In this document: positions 34,020-45,946 of the stretch, one piece after another
How the letters are laid out: each line of letters starts with the position of its first letter
How positions within the stretch are numbered: the stretch's first letter is position 1
Source: Cyanophora paradoxa CCMP329
Taxonomy: Eukaryota > Plantae > Glaucophyta
Direction: 5' to 3'
DNA: 64,000 nt
NCBI GenBank assembly: GCA_004431415.1
Contig: QPMI01000263.1
Coordinates: forward strand, 1 to 64,000
Position numbers and translations under genes: made by a program
Notes under the pieces: model-generated
The model's input: the letters and a program-made list of their open reading frames with translations, nothing else
Database searches by the model: none
Told to the model about the DNA's origin: nothing

Positions 34020-37000
34020 ATGCCGCGGCGAACGCGGCGCCTTATTGCGGCGCTGTTGCTAGTAGCCACGTCGATCGGCATTCTCTGGCTCGCGACGGGC
34101 GCTGGCGCGCCGGACGACCAGACCAGGTTTTCGCGCATCGGCTGGACCGTGCGGACGCGCCTTCTGCCCGACCGCTCCATTCCGTTCTTTGGCTCGCTCT
34201 GGGGCAGGCGAGAGTCGGACGAGCGGCCGCCAACCACATACCAGCTCCGGCCCGCGGCGCCGCTCGGACCGCTAGGTACGGACGAGCTCGAGCCAAACTG
34301 GGCTGATGTGCGCTTCGCGGCGTGCTCGTCCATGTCGGACAGCACCCTCTCCTGCCCCGACGCCCTGACCGGGCGGCACAACGTGCGCCCTGGCCGCTGC
34401 GCCGGTTCTGCTCGCCGCTGCTGATGCCGACTGCAGGTGACTTTCCAGATGGGCTTGCAAGATTTCTGCGTCTCCAGCTCGCTTTCCCTCACGCCGCTCC
34501 CCGCCCGCTCCGCGCCGCCCGGCGCGTGCGAGCTGCCGCCGGCCTCCGGCCTGGATGAGCGCGGGGTCGCCGCATGCGGTCCGGAAGCCCTCACGGGCCG
34601 GCGCGTGCTCTGGTGGGGCCCCGCTTCGCTCCGCGACTCCTCCCGCCGCGCGCACGCCGCCGCCACGGCGCTCGCGTACACGCTGCGCCCGCTGCGCGAC
34701 GCGCCGGCGCGGGTGCGCGTGCGGGGGTCCCTGCGGCCGCTCGCCGGCGCCTCGCGGGGCGCGCTCTTCGCGTGGAAGCTGGTGGTGCTGGACGAGCAGG
34801 CGGGGGCGGCGCGCGTGGCGGCCGAGGGCTCCTTCTCCGCCGCCGGCGGGGCCGTCGAGGGCGGCTCGGCGGCCGTGGAGGCGGAGGCGGAGCTCTCCGG
34901 CCCCCACGAGGCCGCCGCGCTCTGGATCGAGGCGTACCCCCGACCCTTCCCGGGGCCCCGCGGCGCCCCGGGGCCCCTCTTCGGCCTCGAGGACCGCCTC
35001 TCCTTCTCCGTCCTCGCCCTCCCCGAGGGCGGCGTACCCCCCGCGGGCCCCGCCCCCCGCCACGCCCCGGGCTCGCCGGCCGCCCTCGCGGAGGCCCTCG
35101 TCCGGTCCAAGGTGCCCCCAGATCCTCCCTTTCTAGCCCCCTAGAATCGAACGCCTTGAGCCGGCCCTTAGGTCGAGAGCCTGTCGTCGTTCGCCAACGG
35201 CGGCCGGTGCGACACGCGCGCCGCCCGCGCGCGGCTGCGGCGGGCCCGCAACGTCCTCGGCGGGGCCCGCGCCTGGTCCACCGACCTCCGTGCGCCGCCC
35301 CCGCACGGTCCCCGTTCCCCGCCTTCGCCTCTGAGGCGCCCCTCGCTTGTTGCGAACGCAGACGCCTCGCCCGTGGCGTGCAACGCGGGGCCCCTCGCCC
35401 ACATCGGCGTCAACGTCTCCGCCCAGGCGCGCCTGCCGCCCCGCCCCGCCCGGCGACCCGCCCCCGGTTCGAGCCCGCGCAGGTCGACTTCTTCAACTGC
35501 ATCTACTACGAGGGCCTCTGCGCCCGCGACCTTAAGGTGAACGCGTACCCCCCGCCCGCCCTCCCCCCGGCCACGAGCCGGCGGGGCGGGCAGGTGCTGC
35601 GCTGGGACGAGTGGCGAGGCTTCGGGCTCGAGCCGTGCCCCACCACCGCCCGCAAGTGCGCCCCTACCCCCCCTCGAACGCCTCTCCCCCTCTCCCTCAG
35701 AGGGCCCCTCTCGCAGGGCCTTCTACGAAGCCTACCGCGACGACCCCCTCGTCCGGTACCCCCCGTCCTCGCCCCCCTCCCACCACCTCCGCCCCGCGAT
35801 CAAGCGTGCGGGTGGGGTACAGGGACGCGGACTTCTACCTGTGCTCGCACCCCCTAGCGAACTGCGAGCTGTACGTGCCGTTCAACCGCTCGCTGGTGCT
35901 GCACGCCACGACCCGCCTCGAGTTCGGGCGGGACGACGACGTCGTCGACTGGCGCCAGCCGCACCGCGGGCCCCGCTCCCCGGCCCGCTGGAAGGAGTGG
36001 GGCGCCACCCTCAAGCGGGCCCGCCTCTGCCTCCTCCCCGCCCGGCCCCTGCCTCCCTCTCTCTCTAAGGCGGGGCCCCCTCCAGGTCGCGTCGATGGGC
36101 GGGAACGTGCTCGCCGCCAACAACCTCTACGGTGCGTGAGGCAGGCAGTCCTCCGGGCCACCCGACCGCCCCGCCCGCAGCTGACGCCCCCGCCCCGGCT
36201 CGCATGCAGACCTGTACTACATCACGTACCTCACCGGCGCGCCCCGCCTGCGCCCCGCCCCGGGCCCCGCCCCGCCTCGTGCCGGGCCGAGGCGGCGGCG
36301 GGGCAGGGCTGGACGCGGAGTACATCCCGTCGTGGTGCGGGTACGCCCGGGCCGGGCGCTACGCCCCGGCCCGCCGCGAGGTCCTCCTCGGGCCCTGTGC
36401 GCCCGCCCCTCCCCCTCCTTGCCCGCTTGCTTCGCTGGAGCTCTGCCCGGCGCGCAGACCGGGACAACCTCGGGGAGTCGGTGGCGCAGCGGCGGCGGCA
36501 CCCGATCATGCGCGGCCTCTGGGACGCCCTCGCCAGGCCCGCCCCGCCCCGCCCCGCCCGGCTCGGCCCCCGTGCCCCACTAGAGCCCCCCGCAGGCGCT
36601 CGGGGCGGGCGCCGAAGGGCCGCGCGGCCCCCGACTTCGCCTACATCGCCGACCTGTGCGCCCGCCCGCCCGCCCGCCCGCCCCGCCTCGTCTCTGCCTC
36701 GTCTTTCCCTGCCGCTCACGCCTCTTCGCTCGCAGCTACGGCGAGCGGTGCGCGCCGCAGCGCGAACCCTCCGCCATCCATCGCCCCCCCGGGCGCGCCT
36801 GCAGCTGACGGCTCGCTCTCCACAGGTACGAGTTCTCGGACCTGGCCGCGCACCCCGCCATCGTCAGGCGCGCCCTGCCCTTCGCCGCCCCGCCCGCCCC
36901 GCCCCGCCCGCCCCGCCCGCACGCCGCGCGCGCTGCGTCTTCGCCGCGGATCGTTGAGTCCGTTGAGCCGCGGGCGCGCGCAGCATCCCCTACCAGATGT

Positions 37001-37928
37001 CCGTCATGTCCTGGTTCGAGTGCGCGCGGAGCCCTTTCTTTTCCCCATGACTACACCCTCCCGCCTCGAGCTCGTGGGCGGCGCGCCGCAGGTACTACCG
37101 CCTGAACGTGCCGCTCTTCTTCCCCTCGCCGCGCCTCCTCGTCGAGTGGCACCAGACCCACGGCGTGTGCGCCCGACCCGGCCCCCGCCCGCGCTTCCCA
37201 CTGGGCCATGCCAGCCCCGCCCCGGCCCGCTCTGTCTGAGGGGCGGGGGCGGGGAAGGACGTGGGAGCGTGTGTACGGGCACCCGGCGGGGCTGGCGCGC
37301 CCCGCCTTCGCGCACGACCCGAACAGCGACGCCTGCCCCGACGTCGCCTTCTGGGCCCGCCTCGCCGACTTCTACGTCTGGGTGCCCCCGCCCCTCCCCG
37401 CCCCTCCCGCCATCCCCGCCCCGGCCCGAGTCTGAAGCGGGCGCACAGCCGCACGTGCGGACGTTCGATTCGTGGGAGGAGCTCCTCGACGCCCTCTCCG
37501 ACCGCGACGCCCTCCGCGGTCCGCCCACCTCGCAGGGGTCGAGAGGGGCCGCGCCCCACGGCGCTGAGGCGGCGTTGGGGGCAGAGACGAGCGCGCGGAT
37601 GGCGGAGCACAACGCCTGCCTCGAGGCAGACGTCGCCGAGGCCTGGGCCCGCGGTGCGCCGCCGCCCCACCGACGCCCTCTCCGGGCGCTGGCCGCTAGC
37701 TTACAACCGGCCGCCGGGCGCCCGCCGGCGCCGCGCGCAGTGCTGGGGAGGGCCTCGCGGGAGAAGGGCGGGCGGCTCGGGGCGGGGCCCGCGGGGCCCC
37801 CGCCGGCGGAGTTCGAGGAGGCGGTGCGGGGGCTCGGCTTCCCCCCGGCCTCCCCCGACGACCCCCGCCACTGCGGGCCCCACCGCGACAACCGCGGCCT
37901 CCGCCGCGCCCGCCTCATCTACGAGTAG
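34020..37928 (+). CDS. Type II membrane protein, putative glycosyltransferase (uncharacterised family)
   Basis: MPRRTRRLIAALLLVATSIGILWLA signal anchor; C-terminal conserved-looking motifs DFYLCSHPLANCELYVPFNRSL..TTRLEFGR, AANNLYD, HPAIV..PYQMSVMSWFE|YYRLNVPLFFPS and WARLADFYVW|PHVRTFDSWEEL; TAG 37926-37928. The GT function is inference. Confidence 0.62.
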
Positions 37929-38232
37929 ACGACCTCGGATTATATCGCCCCCTGCTCGTCTCAATGGAAGATTTAGTCGTCTCTTTGCCGCTGCTGTCTG
38001 GTTGCTGCGCTAGGGCGCGCCGGGCTTTGGACTCGTCGGCTGCACGGACGTGCACCAGAGAGGGTGGGTACCCGCGCGCCGCGGGGGGACGAGTCGTCCG
38101 AGAGGCCTATAGCCTAGGCCTAGGTGCCAGAGACATGTACCCGATGATCAAGTGGAAGGGTTCCACTCAAGCCGGCGCACCGCACATGTTCGCGAAGACG
38201 AGAACGGCGCCCGCGGGCGGCGACCGGAGTCG

Positions 38233-39253
38233 CTAATGCAACACGAAGTGCGTCTGCACGCGCAGCGTCAGGGGATCCGGAGGAGTGGGGTGGGTTGCGG
38301 CTCGGGGGGGGGAGGGAGGGCGCCATCTGCTCGGGGCGCCGGCTGAGGCAGAGGGCGGCGGCGGCCTCGGTGGCCAGGAGCCGGGTCTCCCGCGATTGCT
38401 TGCTGGGGGGCCGGGGGGCGCCGGCGGCCTCCATCTCCGGAGACTGCATGATGCTGCCGACGATCCAGGCGTGCCGCAGTGCTCGAGGCGGTCCTGCGCA
38501 TGCGCGGCGGCGCAGCGTCGCTCTCGGAAAGGGCGGAAGCCGGGCGGGGCGGGGCCGAGGGGCGGAGGCCTGGGCACCTCCATGGCGCGGGCGAAGTCGC
38601 GCGCCTCGTGGGCCCAGCTGCGCAGGGCGCCGCCGCCGCCGTCGCCACGCAGCCGGCGCGCGCCGGGAGGGGGAGGTGCGCACGCGTACGCGACGCAGGC
38701 GCTCGAGAACGTTACCTCGAAATCCAGTCTCCATTGAACCTGGAGCTCGGAGCGGAGCTCTTCCGGCGTCGCGCCCCGCTGCGCCGCCCGCCCGCTCGAT
38801 CGCGAACGGACCGGCGGCATGCGACGCGCGCGTGCGCGACACGCGCGCGCGCGCGCAGGCCGGCGCCGGGCGGACCTTAAGGAGGGCGCGTCGCCGGTGG
38901 CCCGTACGCGCGCCGCGCCCGCGAATCCCTGAGGCGGAGAAGGAGCGGCCGCGGGTGCACGTGTCGGAGGCGGAGAGGGCGTGGCTGCGGCGCCGCGGCC
39001 GCGGCCGGCGCCGGCTTGGTAGGGCTCCGCATGCACGCGGGCGCGCTCCAGTTGGACTCGCAGCTGCGCGTTGTCTCTCCTCAGCTCCGCGCAGTCCTGC
39101 GATCGCGACGTTGTTAGCACGAGGAGCGCGCGCGTGCGTGGCGACGGTCTTAAGAAGCCCGCGGCCGCTATAGCTAGCGCTGTGCAGCTCTAGATTTTCG
39201 CACCGCGCGCCTGGAGCCGCGCATGCTCGGCCTGGAGGCGTTCAAACTCGTCT
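38233..39253 (-). CDS. Hypothetical coiled-coil protein (boundaries uncertain)
   Basis: Exon-like segments DEFERLQAEHARLQ, DCAELRRDNAQLRVQLERARVH, TPEELRSELQ and LRSWAHEARDFARAME, flanked by typical splice signals. Confidence 0.4.
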
Positions 39254-39715
39254 GGAGTGTGCGGCCGCGCGGCCGCGGCGCCATCACTATAGCTAATCCG
39301 TGTGCGCAACAGCGACAGCGAATCCAGCTGCAGCTGCAGCCTGCAGCGACGTCGACCGGCCGAAGAGGCACAGGGCTCCAATCGAAGTCGGGCCAGCCTG
39401 GCAGATCTAGAGCTAGCGCTTGCTGCGACCGAGTACTGAGCTGCACGTACAAACGCTGATCTGCGGCGCACGTACAGAGGTTGATCCGCGCTTGCTGCGT
39501 CAGTAGCGCTAGCCCTCTACGATGCGCCGATCTTCGGTGCACGGGCTCGCAGGTAAGATCAGCGCGTGTGTGGGGTACGCATTAGTTGGGGGGTACAGCC
39601 GAGCGCCACTAAAAGCCAGTTACAGCTTCCTTGGTCGAGCGGCCTCGCAACACTACTAGCTAGAGCCGCTGCTGCATCCTAGTAGCTAGCGCTCTAGTGC
39701 GCGGCGGCGAGCAGG

Positions 39716-42700
39716 ATGAACGCCGATGGCGAGACGCCATGGTCCAACTTCTACAGCCTTTTCTACAACTCCCGAGGCGTCAAGCTTCGGCTCAACATAC
39801 CGGTGCGTCCGAATTTGCCAGAGAAGCAGAAAAGCGCCCCCCCGCCCGGCCCTCGTGGCAGGCCTGCAGTTAGCTCGAAAGCGGCTAGCCAGCAAGGACA
39901 TGCCGCGCGCCCTTCGGCGTTCTTCCGGGCTCGGCTATATCATTCTGGCACGGATGCAGCGCCCCGACGCTCCGTCCGCCATCCGCAACCTCAGCCGGGA
40001 GCGCTGACGGGGCGGGGGCGCAGGACACGGTGCTCTTCAAGGATGGGATGATCAGCAGCTGGTTCTTCACGGCGAAGGACGGCACGATCGCCCGCAAGCC
40101 GCTTTCGGGGCTCAACCTTGACGAGCTGCGGTTCTACTTCCTGCAGAGCTCGAGCCGGTGCGCGGCGGCGCCCCTAGAGCTCGCCCCGGCGCGCGGCGGG
40201 GGCCGAGCGGCGCGCAGGGAGCTCTCCAACAAGAACGGGTACGTTGCGATCGAGCACGGGGCGGTGCCGCGGCTGCTGCGGACGGAGGCCTTCAACGAGA
40301 CGGTGGACGGCCTGAAGGCCCTCTCGGAGGCGGGCGGGGCGGACGTGCAGCAGCAGGCGCCGTTCTGCCTGCAGGCGTACGTCACGCCGGCGTACGACAT
40401 CCGCTACGTCTGCACCTACGCCGCCTCCGAGGTCGAGTCTGTCTCCGAGGCCTTCGCCTACCGCTACTCCCGCCGCTACCAGGAGACGTGCGCCCCGCCT
40501 TCCCCCGCCGGGCCGCGCCCGCGGCCGGCCCGGGCCCGACGGGGCGGGGCGGGGGCAGGTGGACGCCGGAGCGGCTGGACTCGGACGCGGGGGACTCGCT
40601 GCCGCCGATCAAGGACACCCTCTACGCGACGCTGCAGCGCTCGACGGCGGCCGTGTGCGACTACATGAAGCGGGCGCACGGCCTGCTCCTCCAGGGCCTC
40701 GTCCTCGAGTTCGTGCAGGACTTCACTGGCAAGGTCTATCTCCTCACCGTCCTCCGCGCCACCTGGGCGACCCCCATGCCGGGGCGCCTCTCCCCGCACG
40801 GGCCCTCCCTCGCCGCCGCCGCCGCCGCCGACCAGCACGTCATCTCCCGCGGCGCGGCGCCCACCCCGCCGCTCTTCTACGGGCGCCCCTCCAACCCGCC
40901 CTCGCCCTCGGGCGCCCTGGCGGCCCCCGGCGGGGTCCGGCGCCCGCCCAGCCCCGGAAGCGCCTCGTTCGGGTCGCGCACGGCGCCGCCGGCGCTCTCG
41001 GCGCGGGGCGCGCGCCCCACGTCGGCGGCGACGACGGGGGGCACGGGCACGCGCCCCACGGCCACGCCTTCCCGCACCCGCCCAGCGCCCAGTCGCCCCC
41101 GCCACGCCCTCGCCCCGCTCCCCAAGCGCCCCAAGTGCGGCCCCTCCGCCCCGCCCCGCGTCCTTCCGCCGCTGACGCCCCGCAGCTCGGCGCCGGCGAC
41201 GAAGCGGCCGGTGACGCGGCCGGGCTCGGCGGCCACGACGCGCCTCTCCTCGTCGGCCGCCGCGCAGGTGACGCCGGTGCCGGGGCAGGCGCCGCTGGTG
41301 GGGTACAGCCGCGTGCCGCCGCCGCCGCGGTACGCCCCGCCCGAGCCGGAGTTCCCGTACGAGCCGACGGCCGCCTCGGTGATCGACGTCGTGGGCGAGG
41401 AGGGGATGGCCCCGACCCCCGGCGACGGCGGGCTCTCCCCCGTCCCGCCCCCGCCCCGCGACCGCGAGCCGGGCTCGCTCACCGCCGAGGCCCTCGCCCG
41501 CAAGCTCGGCATGCCGCCGGGCTCCGCCGACACCGACACCTGGAAGTCCCACATGAAGCACGGTGCGTCGCCCAGTCTCTCCGTTCCGACGAGGCCCGCG
41601 GCTGACGCGTTGGGCGCGGGGCGCAGTGGCGCACGTGCACCGGCCGTGCCGGCCGCCGCTGGTGTCGGAGCTGACGCACCAGCTGGAGCGGGCGCTGGAC
41701 GAGGTGGTCGCCTCGTACCAGCGCGTGGCCGTGCACCAGGCCCGCGAGTCGCAGTACGGCGAGGAGCTCAGCGCGCTGCGGCGCGAGCTCGCCCAGGTCC
41801 AGGCCAACCTCGTCCACGCCGTCGCCTCCTTCACCGCCGAGCTCGAGAAGGGTCCGCCCCGCTCGGCGAGGCGCGGCTCGGCCGGAGGCTGGGGCGTCCC
41901 GGCTGAGGCGTTCGGGGCGCAGCGAACGAGAAGATCGGGGGCGAGGCGCGGCGGGCGGAGGAGGCGGAGTCGCGGGGCACGGAGCTGGCGGAGGCGCTGG
42001 ACGCGGTGCAGCGGCGGGCGACGGAGGAGACGGGCAGCCTCGCCGCCGAGCGGGACGAGCTGCGGGAGGCGCTCACGCGGGAGCGGGAGACCGCCTTCGC
42101 GATGGTCAAGGAGTACCGCGAGCGCGCAGAGGCCGCCGAGTCCGCCTACGCCCAGGCCCGCCCCCGCCCCCGCCCCCGCCCGCCGCGAAGCGACTGGGCG
42201 AGAGCGCGTCTTGAGCGGCGCCGGCGGGGCGCAGGTGTCGAGCCAGGTGGAGGCGCTGCAGCGGTTCAAGGACGGGGCGGAGGCGGGGACGACGGAGGAG
42301 AAGGAGGTGACGGCGGCGCTGCGGCGCTCGATGGTGGACGTGCGGCGGGAGCTGCTGGAGGCGTGCCGCCAGCGGGACGACCTGCGGCGGCGGCTCGCCG
42401 AGTGCGAGGCGGCCAACGCCTCCCTCACCGACAAGCTCCGCCACCTCCAGAACCAGGCCCGCATCGGCGGGCCGGCCGCCCTCCGGGCCTCGGGGGGCGC
42501 CCCGGGGGCCCTCGGGGGGGCGGGCGGCGCCGGCTCCCCCGCGCGCCTCTCCTACGCCGGCTCCCTCACGCAGGCCAAGCCCTCCATCTACGGTCCGCCC
42601 CCGCCCCGCCCCGGCCCCGGCTCCGCTCGTCCTTCCGCTCACGCTCACGCTCCTCGGCCTCAGACGGGATGCCGGCGCTGCAGGAGGTGCGGTACCACGA

Positions 42701-43372
42701 CATCCGCATCGAGGACCTGCTCAAGGAGGTGCGCAACCGCGAGCTCGAGAAGTCCACCATCCGCAACCTCTTCATGGCGCACGAGCTCGAGCTCCAGTAC
42801 CTCTTCCGGTCCGCGGGGGCAGGCGGGGGCGGGGGCAGGGGTGGGGGAGGGGCCGGCGCTGACGGGCGGGGGCACGCAGGCTGTACTGCGAGAACGGGAT
42901 CCCGACGACGCGGCCGGACATCTCGATGCGGATGGTGCAGTTCTCGCGCTTCGCCAAGGACACGAAGCTCTCGCCCCCGGGGCAGCCCGTCGGCGAGGTC
43001 GACCGCATCTTCATCAAGGCCAACCTCGGCCGCGACGAGGCCGGCATGGTCCACGGCGTGCGCCCCGCCCCGCCCCGCCCCGCCCCGGGCCTAGCGCTCG
43101 CCCCTTCCCCCCGTCGCTCGCCGCGGCCGACCCTCCCCGCGCAGCAACTGAACAACCCGGTGAAGACGATGATGATCCACGAGTTCGTCGAGGGGTGCGG
43201 CCTCTCCCCCCTCCCCCCTCCCCCCTCGGCCCCCGCTGACGCCGGGGGCAGGATCATCCGGCTGGCGGTGGCGCGGTACCCCGACCTGGGCCCCGTCTCG
43301 GCCCGCGTCGAGCACGCCCTCTTCCAGAACGTCATCCCCCGCGCCAACCTCGACGGCCGGCCCCCCAAGTAG
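39716..43372 (+). CDS. Hypothetical protein with conserved-looking N-terminal domain, central coiled coil and C-terminal helical domain; possibly cilia/flagella-associated
   Basis: MNADGETPWSNFYSLFYNSRGVKLRLNIP|DTVLFKDGMISSWFFTAKDGTIARK...; coiled coil ~41650-42460; C-terminus MRMVQFSRFAKDTKL..EVDRIFIKAN..MMIHEFVEG|IIRLAVARYP..QNVIPRAN; TAG ending 43372. The ciliary link is only my recollection of similar motifs. Confidence 0.7.
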
Positions 43373-44185
43373 GCCGGCTGCTCCCTGTACCCCGCCGATC
43401 GCCCCGGCCCTGCCCGCCCCCTCCTCCCTCGACGCGCGCCGCTGCACCTGGCCGTCCTCGCGGCCTGCAGTGGCCACCGTGCTCCCGCTCTAGCAGTTGA
43501 TAGTGCCCCGTAGCCTCCCACCGCCGCAGCTAACTCGCTCCTCTGTATTTCTAGTTTTGCGCGTAGCATCTACTACAGGCTTCGAACGCCTAGGCCTATC
43601 ACTGTATGCCAATTTAAGAAAGCCGTCGTAGGCATTGTTTGGAATCACAGGGGCACACTGCATGGCTCGACACCCGGTGTCCCGGGTCCTACTTCAGGCT
43701 TCAAGGCCCTGAGAGGGCGGTCAGGGGCTCGAGCTGAGGCGGCCAGTGTTTACGAAGAGGAAGAGCCTCGAGCTCGGAGCCTCCGAGGCTCGGAGGGCGT
43801 AGTGCTTCGAATCCAATTGCAAGGCATTGAAAATTCAGGCTTCGAATTCATTCGAGGTTCTGAGAGTCTGCCGCTCAGGCGGCTTCGGATGTCCGACGGT
43901 CCTACCGTAGTACCGTAGTACTTCGGATTCATGATCAGCTGCAGGGACTGATTAATGATAAGGCTTCAGGTTTCGAGTTTCCGAGTTCGGCGGGGACTCC
44001 GGACTGGACCGTCGGGCTTAATTTTCCGAATTCATCAATCACTGAGTTGCAATTGCAAGCCGGAATTCAAAGCCTGAGAAGTACATAAACATGTACTACG
44101 TATACTACGGTACATCATGGCATGTCACAGTGTAACTTATAAGCATCATGCCCAAGATGCCATGATGCCCAGACATCGATGATGC

Positions 44186-44218
44186 CCAGCCTGGCAGTCT
44201 CAGAGTCTGCCAGGCTGG
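44186..44218. repeat. Perfect 12-bp-stem hairpin in low-GC intergenic island
   Basis: ccagcctggcag-tctcagagt-ctgccaggctgg. Confidence 0.8.
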
Positions 44219-44741
44219 CGCCGGCAGGACATGATCATGGCACTGGCATTTTCAATTAACCCGCGAGCAAGCCACGGTGACCGGAACATGGCAGCCCTGC
44301 ACCTCAGGGCCTGCAGCTGGCAGCCTGGCATGCGCAGCTCGAGTGAAGAGCAGTTCAACGGTTCGAGTCAAGCTTAAGCTAGAATGAATCATCGGTATGA
44401 AAGATCACTGATTCAATGATTCAGCCATCGCGAGTTACCAAATCGGGGTCCGGGTCAGAAGTTGAAGTGGGGAAAAGGGTAGCGACGTTAGCGAGTGAGG
44501 AGCCTGTGAGGAGGGTGCCACGGTGGGATGCATGGGGGGTAGAGGGGTCCGGGGGATCGTAGCGGGGGAGGGGTAGCGAGGGACGCGGGGCGGGGGGTGG
44601 GGACGGGATCCGGAGGGGCCGGGGTGGAGAGAGGGCGCGGGAGAGGGGGGGGAGGGGGGTACGGGAATCTGAAACGCGACTGAGCCTCGGAGGAGAGAGG
44701 GCGGAGGAAGGGCGGCTCCTAGCTATAGGGCCCGGGGGCGG

Positions 44742-45615
44742 TCAGGAGCGCAGGCCGCCGCGGGTGTAGAGGAAGAGGGCGAGGGCGAGGGCGAGGAGGA
44801 AGAGGGCGGCGTCCCGCCCCAAGCTCTCCCCGTACCGGCCCCGCGCCCGCTGCACCGCCACGTCTGCCCGCCCCCGGCCCCGCCCGGTCAGAGCGCCAGC
44901 AGCGGAGGCGGCAAGAAGGGGCGCGCGGGGCGGGGCGGGGCGGGGCGGGGCGGGGCGGGGCGGGGCGCACAGTTGAAGGCGGCGGTCGCCTCGCCCTTGG
45001 ATGTGAGCACGCGCGCCTCGGAGAAGACGCGCCCCGCCTCGCGCGCGCGCCCCGCACGCCGCTCCGCCTCCGCCAGCGCCTCCAGCGGCACCACGCGCGC
45101 CGCGACGCGCACCTCCGCCGCGAGGGGCGCGGGGAGCGCCTCCCGCAGCCGCCGGAAGAGCCACAGCCGCCGGTTGTCCAGGCTCACGTACGCGATTCGC
45201 GCGCCCTCCTCGCCTGCCGGCGCGCGCGCGTCGCAGCTGAGCGAAAGGACGGGCGCCATACGCCGCCACTCCGCGCACCCTGCACATCGACGGGGGCCAC
45301 CGTGATGATGCCGAGCGCTCCCGCGATCGCGTGGAGCTCGCGGCGCCCGTGCTCGTCGGCGGCGGCGCCCCAGCGCGGGAGGATCCCGAGAGCCCAGCGA
45401 CGGGCGCGCCCGACGCGGGCGGCGAGGTCGCCGAGCGCCCGCTCGAGCCTGACATCGCTCCCCTCGTGCTCCAGCACCGCCTCGACGTGCTCCCGACTGA
45501 ACGCTACCGCCGCGGGGTCGAGCAGCTGCGGCGCCTCACAGGTACCGCCATCGCCCTCCGGCTGCTCGGCTTCCTCGCCCGCCAGCGGGCGCTCCGCATG
45601 CCCTCGCCGCCGCAT
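44742..45615 (-). CDS. Small protein with ParB/sulfiredoxin-like motifs and a C-terminal TM anchor
   Basis: LLDPAAVAFSREHVEAV...ITVAPVDVQ|..IAYVSLDNRRLWLFRRL; tail DAALFLLALALALFLYTRGGLRS*. Confidence 0.55.
44927..44966 (-). repeat. (GGGGC)8 intronic repeat (reads CCCCG on the transcript); longest example of a window-wide intron motif
   Basis: Eight perfect units directly after the intron donor of the 44742-45615 gene. Confidence 0.9.
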
Positions 45616-45946
45616 CCAGACAAGCGCTTTAAGCGCTTAGCTACCGCAGCAGCTCGCGTCCCTTCAACGTTAAGCCGAGCGGCCGAGCGAGCTCCCGCGG
45701 GAGTCGAACCCGTCCCCTCACCCCTTGGGCGCACGCGCTCTTTGCAGGTGATCGTTTCTTTTGATCGCAGGCTCTCGGCTACGACTCGAGAGGGAACGCA
45801 GGAATGCACGCAGAAAGCTAAGATGGGAGCGAGCCTGCGGACCGCAGGCGAGGGGCTCGGGGCGGGATGCAGGGCGGGCCTGGCCCAGGCGCCGTCGGGC
45901 CCTGCTCGGCCCAGGGGGCTGCAGCGCAGCGGGGCGCGGCGCGGCC

